This document shows positions 36,772 to 47,808 of a stretch of 64,000 bases of DNA, piece after piece. Position numbers and translations under genes: made by a program. The stretch's first letter is position 1, and each line of letters opens with the position of its first letter. Location: contig NC_092354.1 in NCBI RefSeq assembly GCF_963676685.1, positions 35,774,001 through 35,838,000 on the forward strand, given 5' to 3'. The notes under the pieces are model-generated. The model saw nothing but the letters and a program-made list of their open reading frames with translations, ran no database searches and was not told where the DNA came from. This DNA comes from Mytilus edulis (Eukaryota).

Positions 36772-38043
36772 AAACCACAAATACTTCAATTCTATAATAA
36801 AAACATGGGCGGGGTTGATCTGGCAGACATGATGGTAACGCATTATAAAGACAATAGGAAAACTTTTAAGGTATGGAAGAAAGTTGCATTTAATTTCTTG
36901 CAAGGTACCACTTCAAATTAATTGACGCATATATCTTGTATTACACGTCTGATCAACCAGTCAAGAGTTGACAACAGTTTGTACAATCACTTATAGAAGA
37001 TCTTTCATGCGATTATCTGCTATCTCGTGAAATGGATGCACAAGTTAACCTAAGATAACTCGCTTGCGGAAAATTGCCAAGTATAAGGATTGATCCATGT
37101 GTTCGTATAGAGACGGATTTGGTGGTCGTCATCGAACAAAAAACGGTGTTCAGAAACTGTTCCAAATTCTTACAGAAAGATTGTATGAATAATCATGTGT
37201 GTATTGAAGAATAAATTATTCGTTTCATATTTTCTCTTAAATATTATAATATTGTGAACGCTTTAGTTTTGCCTTGTCTATTTAATGGCAATAACTAAAT
37301 AAACAATTTACAGGATGGCAGAAAAAAACAAAAATTGACTGGTAATATCATTACAAAAAATATTTAAAACAGGATATAAAAAGTCAAACTATGAGTCTAC
37401 AAAATGTGTATAGAACTGAAGATTGAGTAACATTATCTTTACTTAAAAGAACACACAGAACAGGAGCAGGCACTGCTTTATGTGTTCCCGACGTTGCATG
37501 TATCAGATAAGTTTTTAAGTTTTAAAAAGATATGTGTAAAGGCACATTTTAAATAAAAGTGATCTGGACTGGTTAAACCAGAACTTGAAAATTGGTATTT
37601 GCTTTTCCGCTAGTACAACACCAGGTATATATTCAAATATCATCGTCAATATGCATGTGAGTGTAACCTACCAATTCAGAGATAGATGTGACCCGAAAAA
37701 TTCAAAGGTAGCTGTCAAAAAATCTCTTAATCTTCACTTTGGAACGAAAAAAATAAGTTTAGGAGTGATGAATTTATTATAAAAATATACTATTTTAAGG
37801 ACACTATTCATCAAATGCGTATATAGTAATAAATTATGATTTACACGCACCTTACTTAATTTTAAAATAAAATAAAGAATTTTGCGCGCTTTGTGTATTT
37901 TATAGGAGCCATAACAATGACGTTACGTCTCAAAACATTTTCAGCATCAGAGAAAAAATAAAACAATGGCCCAAAAGTGGCACTTTAGTACTTAACGTAG
38001 TACGAAAAAGATGGCACAAAAGTGGCCCATGGCACAGAGATGG
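36772..38043 (+). mobile_element. piggyBac transposon, 3' part
   Basis: KPQILQFYNKNMGGVDLAD...RKTFKVWKKV, a decayed Cys-rich tail, and terminus ...GGCACAGAGATGG followed by TTAA (38044-38047). Confidence 0.85.
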
Positions 38044-38389
38044 TTAAACAATTGGGGTCCGTAGGTGACCCGTTTTTAAACAAAATTTCGGCCCCTATCC
38101 AATATACTAGAACCCTCATTTTAAAGTGAACGTTACAAATTCTCACACCTTCAACCCCAAATGGCCTCTTTCTTATTGTATTTAGTGTAACAGAAAATTC
38201 ATAAAATGCTGGCTATATTCCTGTTCATATTGGTTCCCATCTTATCCGTGTCCAGAGAAGACGCAATAAACTATCTTGCGTTACCAATATTTGTGATTCC
38301 TTTTCAAATTTGTGTCAACTATAAAATGTATGTTATTCAAGATTCCAAATTCTAAAACCGATATTTCGACTGAAGCTAAGGTATTGAAA

Positions 38390-39030
38390 AGGGTGAGTTT
38401 AAAAGCAGATTTCGCTTCGAAAATTACCTTTTGCAGGAAAATTTTAGATATAGACATTATTTAACAAAATTCCGTATCAGTGCACACGATTTAGAGATTG
38501 AGAGGGGAAGGTACAAAAATCTGACAGTGTCAGAACGTATCTGTAAATTGTGTGGTACTGAGGTTTAGGATGAAATTCATTTTCTTCTTCAGTGCCACAA
38601 ACTTTCAAATATTCGTTTCAACTTTTTAAATGAAATAAAACAACTGTTTAAAAATTTTAGTGGTTTAGATATTAAATCACAGTTTATTTGGCTAATGTCC
38701 TCTGAAGATACTTTCATACTCCAGAAACTAGGAGAATTATTGGAAAATTTATCCTCATATAGGAAAGTTTCCTTAAATAATATATAGATACAGAAATGCC
38801 CAGTGACCCCCCCCCCCCCCCCTTATATTATTAAACACTGTGCTTGTTGTATTCTTGTACTTGTCTTTATAAATATTTTTTGGTTTTGTTTTGTTTTTTT
38901 TTCTTTTCTTTTTATAACATTGTGTCTTAATCATATTGAATCACTTGTAATCATGTGTATGTAATTAATGTTGATTGTTCTGCTCCTTGTGGGCGCTTTG
39001 ATTAGCAATAACATATTTGAATTTGAATTT
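38390..39030 (+). mobile_element. 5'-truncated LINE 3' end (RTE-X-like)
   Basis: LTKFRISAHDLEIERGRY...ERICKLC...DEIHFLLQC zinc finger and a (TTTGAA)n tail. Confidence 0.75.
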
Positions 39031-39517
39031 ATTAGTGCGTACATGAACATGAAACTAGACCAAGTAAGTGCAAAGATTGGTCGACCACTATTAATTTTCA
39101 AAAAAAATTGTTCACAAGATCAGCCTGTTATTAGTGTAGTGAATTGTGCACAAGTACTGGTATGTTGATGTCCTCAATCTAAACTTCCGAAGGTTGACTG
39201 GGGAATTGGAAGTACAGTCACTCAAATCTTTTCCAATTATGCGAAGAATGAGAAATTAAGTATACCCCATATAGAGATAAGATGACATAACAAGGACTAT
39301 TTCGTACACTGTCACTCATATCCCATCTTTCATCTATAAAGTAAATATAATCATTGTTTTCACATCCTCAAAAATTTTGCAAATAGAGTTAATAGATGTT
39401 TAGTGATATTTGTAAGAACAAACTCCATATCAAAATAGATGGCAGCACTACTAAACGACAAGGTCAGAGAAACACTAAGAACACGGAAACTGCAGTTACA
39501 TTACAAGTGTATATAAT

Positions 39518-40385
39518 TGTAACAGGAGGGTCGGGCTTGGATTCTTCCGTCCCCTCTAGTTAGTTGTTTATGTCGTGTTAATAACTTGAGATATCTGACT
39601 CTATACACCAAATATACTGATATATATATATAATGTGTTGACGAGTGAGATCATTGGACTATCTCTGTTCTTATAGTTCTTCTCAGGGAACTGAGCTATG
39701 GCAATAAGAAAAAAATAAACATGATGTAAAGCAACAAAAACATTATACAATATCAACAAGTGTAAAATTGTCTAAAAGGTAAATTAATTTCAACAGTTTA
39801 TAAGTTTAACAATAGTAAAATAATATTCTGAGTAGTATAACAATTATATTTCAAGATAAATTGAGTATTCGAGTGGACCTAAAGTTTTTTAACCCGTTTT
39901 TTGTTTTGACCTATTATTTATAACTTTTGGTTTATATTTAGAACTGTATTAAATACTTTAATTTAGTCTAATTGTTAAAGACTGTAAAAGAACACGCTGT
40001 GGTACTATTAAGGAAAGGACTTTCAAAATTATAGAATTAACTTTTCTACATCTTAGGTCTATTACCTAGACATACCTAGTGTCAGTAATAAATGAATACT
40101 GTATAATTGTGAGCCTTATATTAGCTACTGGTCTGAAGACAAACCAATATTTGAACTTAGATGATATGTATAAATTGATTATTTACGATACTAAGGTTAC
40201 ATGTAATTTTTCCTTCAAAAATATTTATTTTTACTCGGAATTTTTCCAAGATTTATAAAAAGTGATAACTTATAAAGATCATATATTATAACTTTAATTT
40301 ACTTAACAATATTAAACTTATAACAAAATAATTAAATAAGCACAAGGGAGATAATTAATCTTTATCTTATAGCGACATTGTTACA
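39518..40385 (-). repeat. Putative 3' LTR (868 bp) of a second LTR retrotransposon
   Basis: TGTAACA...TGTTACA inverted termini, with a G7A polypurine tract (40386-40393, minus) directly adjacent. Partner LTR not seen. Confidence 0.65.
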
Positions 40386-40667
40386 TCCCCCCCTAAGAAT
40401 CAATTTATATGAAAAATATACATTATTATTGACTAACATATATATCTAATTTTCAACAATTTAGCTAATATTTAAACATCTGAAATTTAATAGTTGCATG
40501 TAATTAACAACTTCCCTTATATCTATATATTTGTTTTTTATAAAGTCCAAATCAATTGCAAAATAACCAAAACAATAACAGTCCTAAATGACTTTCACCA
40601 TCCGGGTTTCTTTTTTAACTGCAATACCTGCCCTTCCTTCATATTCGGCATCTGGAAATCATATGCT

Positions 40668-41137
40668 TCATGGTCTCTGGGAACGATTACAGCTCCATGT
40701 AACATTCGGAAATAATTCCTTCTTATTCATTTGCTCACTAAGAATGCGTCTTTCCTTCTTAGCTGCTTCTCTTGCTTGTACGTTTACCTTTGGTCTTATA
40801 ACTCGTTTGATTATCTTGCCGGGGTCAATATAATTCATATTATCTACCAGCTGAGGGATGGTGTTCATCACTTCTTCTGTGCGGTCTTTAATACTAAGCT
40901 TATGATGGTCCCTCAAATGCTGAAGAAGGTAACATCTTCTTCCTAACTTCCTCTGACAGAGACGGCATATAATTATTGAGGTTGTCTTGGCATGAAAACG
41001 GAGCCAGTGTTTACAATACATTCCTAACCTCTTGATAACAGGGTTTTTTACACCCCTTTACCTCACAGGACAATCATTCATCCGGCCAATACTCCCTCGG
41101 AAGGTATAACAAATTTGGCTACTGACTTTTCAGACAT
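40668..41137 (-). pseudogene. Double C2H2 zinc-finger accessory ORF, copy 2 (stop plus frameshifts in the 5' part)
   Basis: SCEVKGC...YCKHWLRFH...ICRLC...LLQHLRDHH...NMNYIDPG; ATG preceded by TTTTACCTTTTTCAG. Confidence 0.6.
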
Positions 41138-41167
41138 GCTGAAAAAGGTAAAATACAATATTAAACA

Positions 41168-41524
41168 TTATAAAAATTTCGTTCTATGAAGTTTTCCCTT
41201 AGGATTTATAAATCTCTTATTAGTACAAGAAATAGAGTAAACTGTTGCAGTACGTTCTGCCGCAATATCTTTCTCTAAAAGGTGGCTCGTTCTATAATGT
41301 CGGCCTAGTTCACATCTGTATTTAAATTTTCTGTTGCACATAGTACATTTATACATAGGAATATTTTCTAAATGTACAAGTTTCCAATGTTTTATGTAAC
41401 GTGAGTAGTTCCGGGAAAATACGGTATTACACCCGGTTACATCACAATGCATGCCATTTTGTGGAAATGTTTCTCTCAAATCATCATCTAGACGAAGTAT
41501 TTCTCTATCTTCCATAATTATCAT
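41168..41524 (-). CDS. Double C2H2 zinc-finger accessory ORF, copy 1
   Basis: HCDVTGC...YIKHWKLVH...YKCTMC...F...LGRHYRTSH...NKRFINPKG. Confidence 0.7.
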   Translation of the reverse strand: MIIMEDREILRLDDDLRETFPQNGMHCDVTGCNTVFSRNYSRYIKHWKLVHLENIPMYKCTMCNRKFKYRCELGRHYRTSHLLEKDIAAERTATVYSISCTNKRFINPKGKLHRTKFL

Positions 41525-44167
41525 TGACGTCTGCTTCAGCCATTATGAAGTATTTATAAATATCACAAAAATGAGTTTTTAGATAATGATGAAATAACTA
41601 GTATGAAGAGACACTTTTATAAAAGATACATGAAAGATAAAGAATGATTTAGTACACAACATCATCCTTTTTATCCTGAAATTTTGGCAACTTCAACTTC
41701 CAATTTTTTTAAATCTTGAAAGTCCTCCAAATCATGTATTATTTTCAAGGCAGCTAACATATACATTGAGCACATAATTTTCTTTAAAAAACATCTTTTG
41801 ACAAGAAATTTCAGTAAATATGATGCCATACTATAATAATCTAAAAAGGTGTTTGGAAAAATAATGAAAAACAGTTCAATACCTTGATAATAGGGCGACA
41901 GAGGACGGTCGACATCGAAATTTTCTGGTACTAAGTGGCAAGTTTTGGAGTATAAAGAATTATGTATAAGAAAACGATTTATAAAGCGGCACCCTCATCC
42001 AATGAGTGGAAATGCTTTAAATTAAATGAATTCTTAACGTGTTTACTTTCTTTTCTATTTCTCTCCGCCTCCTTAGTACCCAATATCCGGTCGCGATGAT
42101 ACAGAGTGATAATATAATGTATCTAATCATATGATTGTTAGAAATATTGTTTTTGCATTGTGTGTGATAATAACAAATATGTATTGTTTCTCACAGATTG
42201 TGCCCTCTCGAAAACATATTTTACTCTTAAGTATTATTTTTTTTTGTAGGTCATGAATAAATATTTTGCTTATATTTTACTTTTATAGATTGGAATGTGG
42301 AAGAGAAGATTTTGCATATATATGATACACTTCACAAAACCAGAGAAACTGAGACAAAATGTATTGTGTATGTAGAAATAAAGATTGATGATATTCTGAG
42401 ATACTCTGAAGGAGGTCGTGAATGCTTGAACAGTTAACCACAAAATAAGTGTTATCTTTGCTAACTATATGGTGTTCATGGTCTTGAACAATATATAAAC
42501 ATAACTTCGAAAGGGTAGCAGATTGCTCCACATGTGACACCCGTCGTGCTGCGCAGTTATGTTAAAACACACCCAGTAATAAGTCTTAATTGGTAAGTAA
42601 TTCTGGGGGATTCATAATTTATCAATCGAAAATGAAAAAAATCTTCTACCTTCAGGTATCATTACTTGATTTCCTTATATTTTCAAAGCACATTTAATGA
42701 AAAAAATAGTGGGTTGAACCTTGTTTAATGGCTAACCAAACCTCAAGCTTTGTGACGATGTTAAACAATATCGCTGAAATGAGAACACTGCGTGACAGAA
42801 ATGAGGAACAGACACACTCATCACAGAGAATTGCACAAACAAATAATATAAAGTCGACACAACATACGAAGTGTAGCTAAACCCTTAAGCAGATAATAAA
42901 ATAAAAGCCGCCAAACATCCAAAAGAATGGAAAACAAGTCATATTCCTGATTGGTACAGGCAAATGTTTGGTGTCAATAAGGGCAAGCAGAATGTACTAA
43001 GTGAATATTTGAAGATTCGAAATACATATTGAGTTAAATTTCTTAATGACATATATTTTAACCAAATATATGTATTTAACGATCAAAATATGATTGCACT
43101 ATAACCTGCCATCCATTATGCTTTAATACGTTCAACTAGGTTGGTTGATCTGGGGAATATCGTTTTATAAGAAATCTCTTATGGAACTTCATGATTTTAT
43201 ATCGACTCGAAAATGAATCTTTAGCAGATGCATCAAAATATGTTTTTTTGTTATGATTATGGCGATCCTATTATAGTACGTAACCTGGGACATTCAGGGT
43301 GATTTTTATACGACCGCAAATTTTGAAAAAATTTTCGTCGTATATTGCTATAACGTTGGCGTCTGCGTCGTCGTCGTCGTCGTCGTCCGGCGTCCGAATA
43401 CTTTTAGTTTTCGCACTCTAACTTTAGTAAAAGTGAATAGAAATCTATGAAATTTTAACACAAGGTTTATGACCATAAAAGGAAGGTTGGTATTGATTTT
43501 GGGAGTTTTGGTCCCAACATTTTAGGAATAAGGGGCCAAAAAGGGCCCAAATAAGCATTTTCTTGGTTTTCGCACCATAACTTTAGTTTAAGTTAATAGA
43601 AATCTATGAAATTTTGACACAAGGTTTATGACCACAAAAGAAAGATTGGGATTGATTTTGGGAGTTTTGGTTTCAATAGTTTAGGAATAAGGGGCCAATA
43701 AAGGGCCCAAATAAGCATTTTTCTTGGTTTTTGCACAATAACCTTAGGTTAAGTAAATGGAAATCTATGAAATTTAAACACAATGTTTATGACCACAAAA
43801 GGAAGGTTGGTATTTATTTTGGGAGTTTAGGACCCAACAGATTAGGAATTAGGGGCCAAAAAGGGACCCAAATAAGCATTTTTCTTGGTTTTCGCACTAT
43901 AATGTTAGTATAAGTAAATACAAATCTATGAAATTTAAACACAAGGCTTATGACCATAAAAGGAAGGTTGGTATTGATTTTAGGAGTTTTGGTCCCAACA
44001 GTTTAGGAAAAAAGGGGCCCAAAATTGAATAATTGGGGTTCTTTGATATGCCGAATCTAACTGTATATGTAGATTCTCAACTTTTGGTCCCGTTTTCAAA
44101 TTGGTCTACATTAAGGTCCAAAGGGTCCAAAATTATTGGCCCCTTATTCCTAACTATTTTGATATGA

Positions 44168-44211
44168 GCGTCACTGATGAGTCTTATGTAGACGAAACGC
44201 GCGTCTGGCGT
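44168..44211 (+). ncRNA. Type I hammerhead ribozyme
   Basis: Stem I GCGUCA/UGGCGU, CUGAUGA, stem II GUCU-UAUGU-AGAC, GAAA, minimal stem III within palindrome ACGCGCGU; predicted cleavage after GUC at 44205. Confidence 0.92.
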
Positions 44212-44523
44212 ATAAAATTATAATCCTGGTACTTTTGATAACTATTTACACCACTGGGTCGATGCCACTGCTGGTGGACGTTTCGTCCCCGAGGGTATCA
44301 CCAGCCCAGTAGTCAGCACTTCGGTGTTGACATGAATATCAATTATATGGTCATTTTTATAAATTTTCTGTTTAAAAAACTTTGAATTTTTCGAAAAACT
44401 AAGGATTTTCTTACCCCAGGAGTAGATTACCTTAGCCGTATTTGGCACAACTTTTTGGAATTTTAGGTCCTGAATGCTCTTCAACTTTGTATTTATTTGG
44501 CTTTTTTAACTATTTTGATATGA

Positions 44524-44567
44524 GCGTCACTGATGAGTCTTATGTAGACGAAACGCGCGTCTGGCGT
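44524..44567 (+). ncRNA. Type I hammerhead ribozyme (identical second copy)
   Basis: Same sequence; predicted cleavage after 44561. Confidence 0.92.
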
Positions 44568-46877
44568 ATAAAATTATAATCCTGGTACTTTTGATAACTA
44601 TTAGTTTGATTTTGACAAAAAATGAATCGGTTGGGTTCTTTGATATGTTGAATCTAAAAATGTACTTAGATTCTTGATTATTGAAGTTTTTTTGGTCCAG
44701 TTTTCAAATTGGTCTACATTAAGGTCCAAAGGGTCCAAAATTAAACTTTGTTTGATTTCATCAAAAATTGAATCCTTGGGGTTCTTTGATATGCCAAATC
44801 TAACTGTGTATGTAGATTCTTCATTTTTGGTCCTGTTTTCAAATTTCAAATTCTACATTAAAGTCCAAAGGGTCCAAAATTAAACTAAGTTTGATTTTAA
44901 CAAAAATTGAATTCTTGGGCCTCTTTGATATGCTGAATCTAAACATGTACGTAGATTTTTGATTATGGGCCCAGTTTTCAAGTTGGTCCAAATCAGGATC
45001 TAAAATTATTATATTAAGTATTGTGCAATAGCAAGTCTTTTCAATTGCACAGTATTGTGCAATGGCAAGAAATATCTAATTGCACAATATTGTGAAATAG
45101 CAAATTTTTTTTTTAATTAGAGTTATCTTTCTTTGTCCAGAATAGTAAGCAAGAAATATCATATTTGTGCAATAGCAAGAATTTTTTTTAATTGGAGTTA
45201 TCTTTCTTTGTCCAGAATCAACTTAAATCTTTGTTATATACAATATACAATGTATATACACTTTTTACTACCAACTGATAAATTTAAATAATCTTTACCA
45301 TTCAGTGATAACAAGCAGTTTTTTTACATCTTAATATTTTATGATGTATTTAAATGAGTAGTTATTGTTGCAAACTCTATTAGAAATTTGAATTGATATC
45401 AGTTTTGAAAAAGGGAAACGGGGATGTGAAAAAAAAGGGGGGGGGGTAAATTTTTCTCATTTCAGATTTCATAAATAAAAAGAAAATTTCTTCAAACATT
45501 TTTTTGAGAGGATTAATATTCAACAGCATAGTGATTTGCTCAAAGGCAAAAAAAACCTTTTAAGTTCATTAGACCACATTCATTCTGTGTCAGAAACCTA
45601 TGCTGTGTCAACTATTTAATTTTAGATTTAAAAAGTTTGAAGAAGAAATCTTTAATTGATTTGTAAAATCTTGGCATTTGTTTTGTGTAAAAAAAAACCA
45701 TGTAATGTCAAAAATTTGATCACAATCCAAATTCAGAGCTGTATCATGCTTGAATGTTTTGTCCATACTTGCCCCAACTGTTCAGGGTTCGACCTCTGCG
45801 GTCGTATAAAGCTACGCCCGGTTTATCAGTGTACAAAAGGAGTCTGAAAAGACTTGAATGTTTTATTCTATAATCAAATCCTATTTTCTTATTTTATTTT
45901 AAAATTCATATCATATATAAAATATAAATATATATTGCAAAAAAAAAACCCAACATGTCTCATGTCTTTACGTTATAACCTATTGCCGACGCGAAACTGA
46001 CCCCGCCTAACATTTTACAGAAAATATAGAAAATGGCCGTTTGAAATAAAGGCAACAGTAGTATACCGCTGTTCAAACTAATAAATCCTTGGACAAAAAA
46101 ACAAATCGAGGTAACAATCTAAAACTGAGGGAAACACATTAAATATAAGAGGAGAACAACGACACAACACTACAATGTAACACACACAGAAACGGACCAA
46201 GCATCAGACACTCAAAAACATGGTGGGTTGAACCTGGTTTTGTGGCATGCCCAACCTCCCTCTTTTATAGCCATGTGAAATATAACATTAAAATGACAAC
46301 TCAACACCACAGGACTACAATATAAATAAATTGGAGAACACAATTTACAAAGAAACACACGAACAACAGCCAACAAAAGGCAACAAGTTCAAAATTTTAA
46401 TACGCCAGAAGTGCATTTTGTCCACACGAGATCTACTAGTGTAAAAGTTTTAATTTGCTCCGCTATCATATCACTTTGTATAAATCTTACCAGGCAAACC
46501 GATTGCTCCAGAGGATCCCTAACATGTATGAGGGTATCACGATCAGTTTTAAGATGTGGAAAAGGGGTGCAGTGTGTTGAGATTACACCCCCCCCCCCCC
46601 CCCCCCCAAACCAGTCACGTGACCTGCTCTTCCCCATTCACTAGGCTAAGAGTAGAGCAGGAGCACGGGATTACAACGTCAGGATGTCAGATCAGGTGTA
46701 AGACTTATTATAAATCTTTCTTTATTCAAATATGAATGGTATCTTAATTTTTATCAATTGTTACCCCCCTTCCAGCTACTGTTTCATATAGTCATACTGT
46801 ACCCCTACCTGTTGGAAAGAAAATTTATTTTTCCAAGATTTTATTCGAAATCACAAGATTTATTCAAACGATGATAA

Positions 46878-47308
46878 TGATTGATTGATTGATTACTGGT
46901 TGCTTAACGTCCAGTGGCAAATATTTCATGCATATTCAGGACGAGAACAAGTTCACAATAAATACAATAGGTAGGTTGATACAATAGAGGCCATTCAGGA
47001 ATTATGGTCGGAGAAATTTGGACTGTCACCGGAAAAGGAGGGTATATGGATAGGGACAGAAATTTTGCCTTGCATCAGGCCACCTACGGACCCATCAAAG
47101 AGTTGCTGAAAGGGTTCTTAACGTGCAAAGAGCGTGGCACTCTCTTTACACGAGGCATCGGATTTAAGATCTCCAATCTGACCGGACGTGACTGCGAACT
47201 TGATACATCCCGCACAGCCAAACGGACGCCCCACTTCGGCAAGCGTTTTCCTGCCGGTCGGGAGAAGACCAAGTGACCATATTTCTATACCCCTATCACC
47301 CTTGGGGG
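46878..47308 (-). mobile_element. Full-length SINE with Meta/Deu-like central domain and Nimb-like (TCAA)n tail
   Basis: TSD TCAAACGATGATAA at 46864-46877 and 47309-47322; central GCACGTTAAGAACCC. Other copies at about 61930-62180 (+), 55240-55405 (-) and a tail at 18750-18820 (+). Confidence 0.85.
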
Positions 47309-47318
47309 TCAAACGATG

Positions 47319-47353
<35 letters not shown>

Positions 47354-47808
47354 TCCGATGTGTGTAAAAATTCCAAAATTTTAAAACAAATTCGAAAGAT
47401 TGATGACATGTTACATTAACACCTCATGAAACCTCGAGATGATCCACATTCCGCTTCGATAAACTTCGGAATAGCTCTGAGGTACAATAAAGGATCATTC
47501 AACTTATTTTATTCAAGATTGTTTTCTTAAACCCATATTTTATAATTTTCAACGGAAAACCGTTAAGTAAACCAAATAATTGATTGATTGATTGTTGGTT
47601 GCTTTACGCCGCATTAGCACAAAAAGGCTATATCGCGGCGAGAGCTAATTCGAATATTTTAACAATTTAAAGCATATTTTTAAAATAAGACAAAAGGTCC
47701 TTCAATACACTAAAATTCTTGACTAAAGCAAATTGATTATATACAAATAAAAATCAACAGTAAAATAACGTGATAAAAATTAAAATCGATTTAAATATAA
47801 TAACATTT

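Larger units (their letters stand above)
44151..44602 (+). mobile_element. Non-LTR retrozyme: 356-nt unit bounded by two hammerhead-containing direct repeats
   Basis: About 96-bp identical direct repeats (44151-44246 and 44507-44602), each with a hammerhead; no credible ORF. Confidence 0.9.
43303..45821 (+). mobile_element. Near-complete non-autonomous Helentron with internal tandem arrays, interrupted by a retrozyme
   Basis: TTTATACGACCGCA (43305-43318) and its inverse TGCGGTCGTATAAA (45797-45810); (CGT)n; about 160-bp and about 140-bp tandem units. Confidence 0.9.

Noticed and set aside
47321-47350. A30 run as the poly(A) tail of a retrocopy
   Set aside because: It begins within the SINE TSD at the SINE 5' side, with no associated + strand element body or second TSD.
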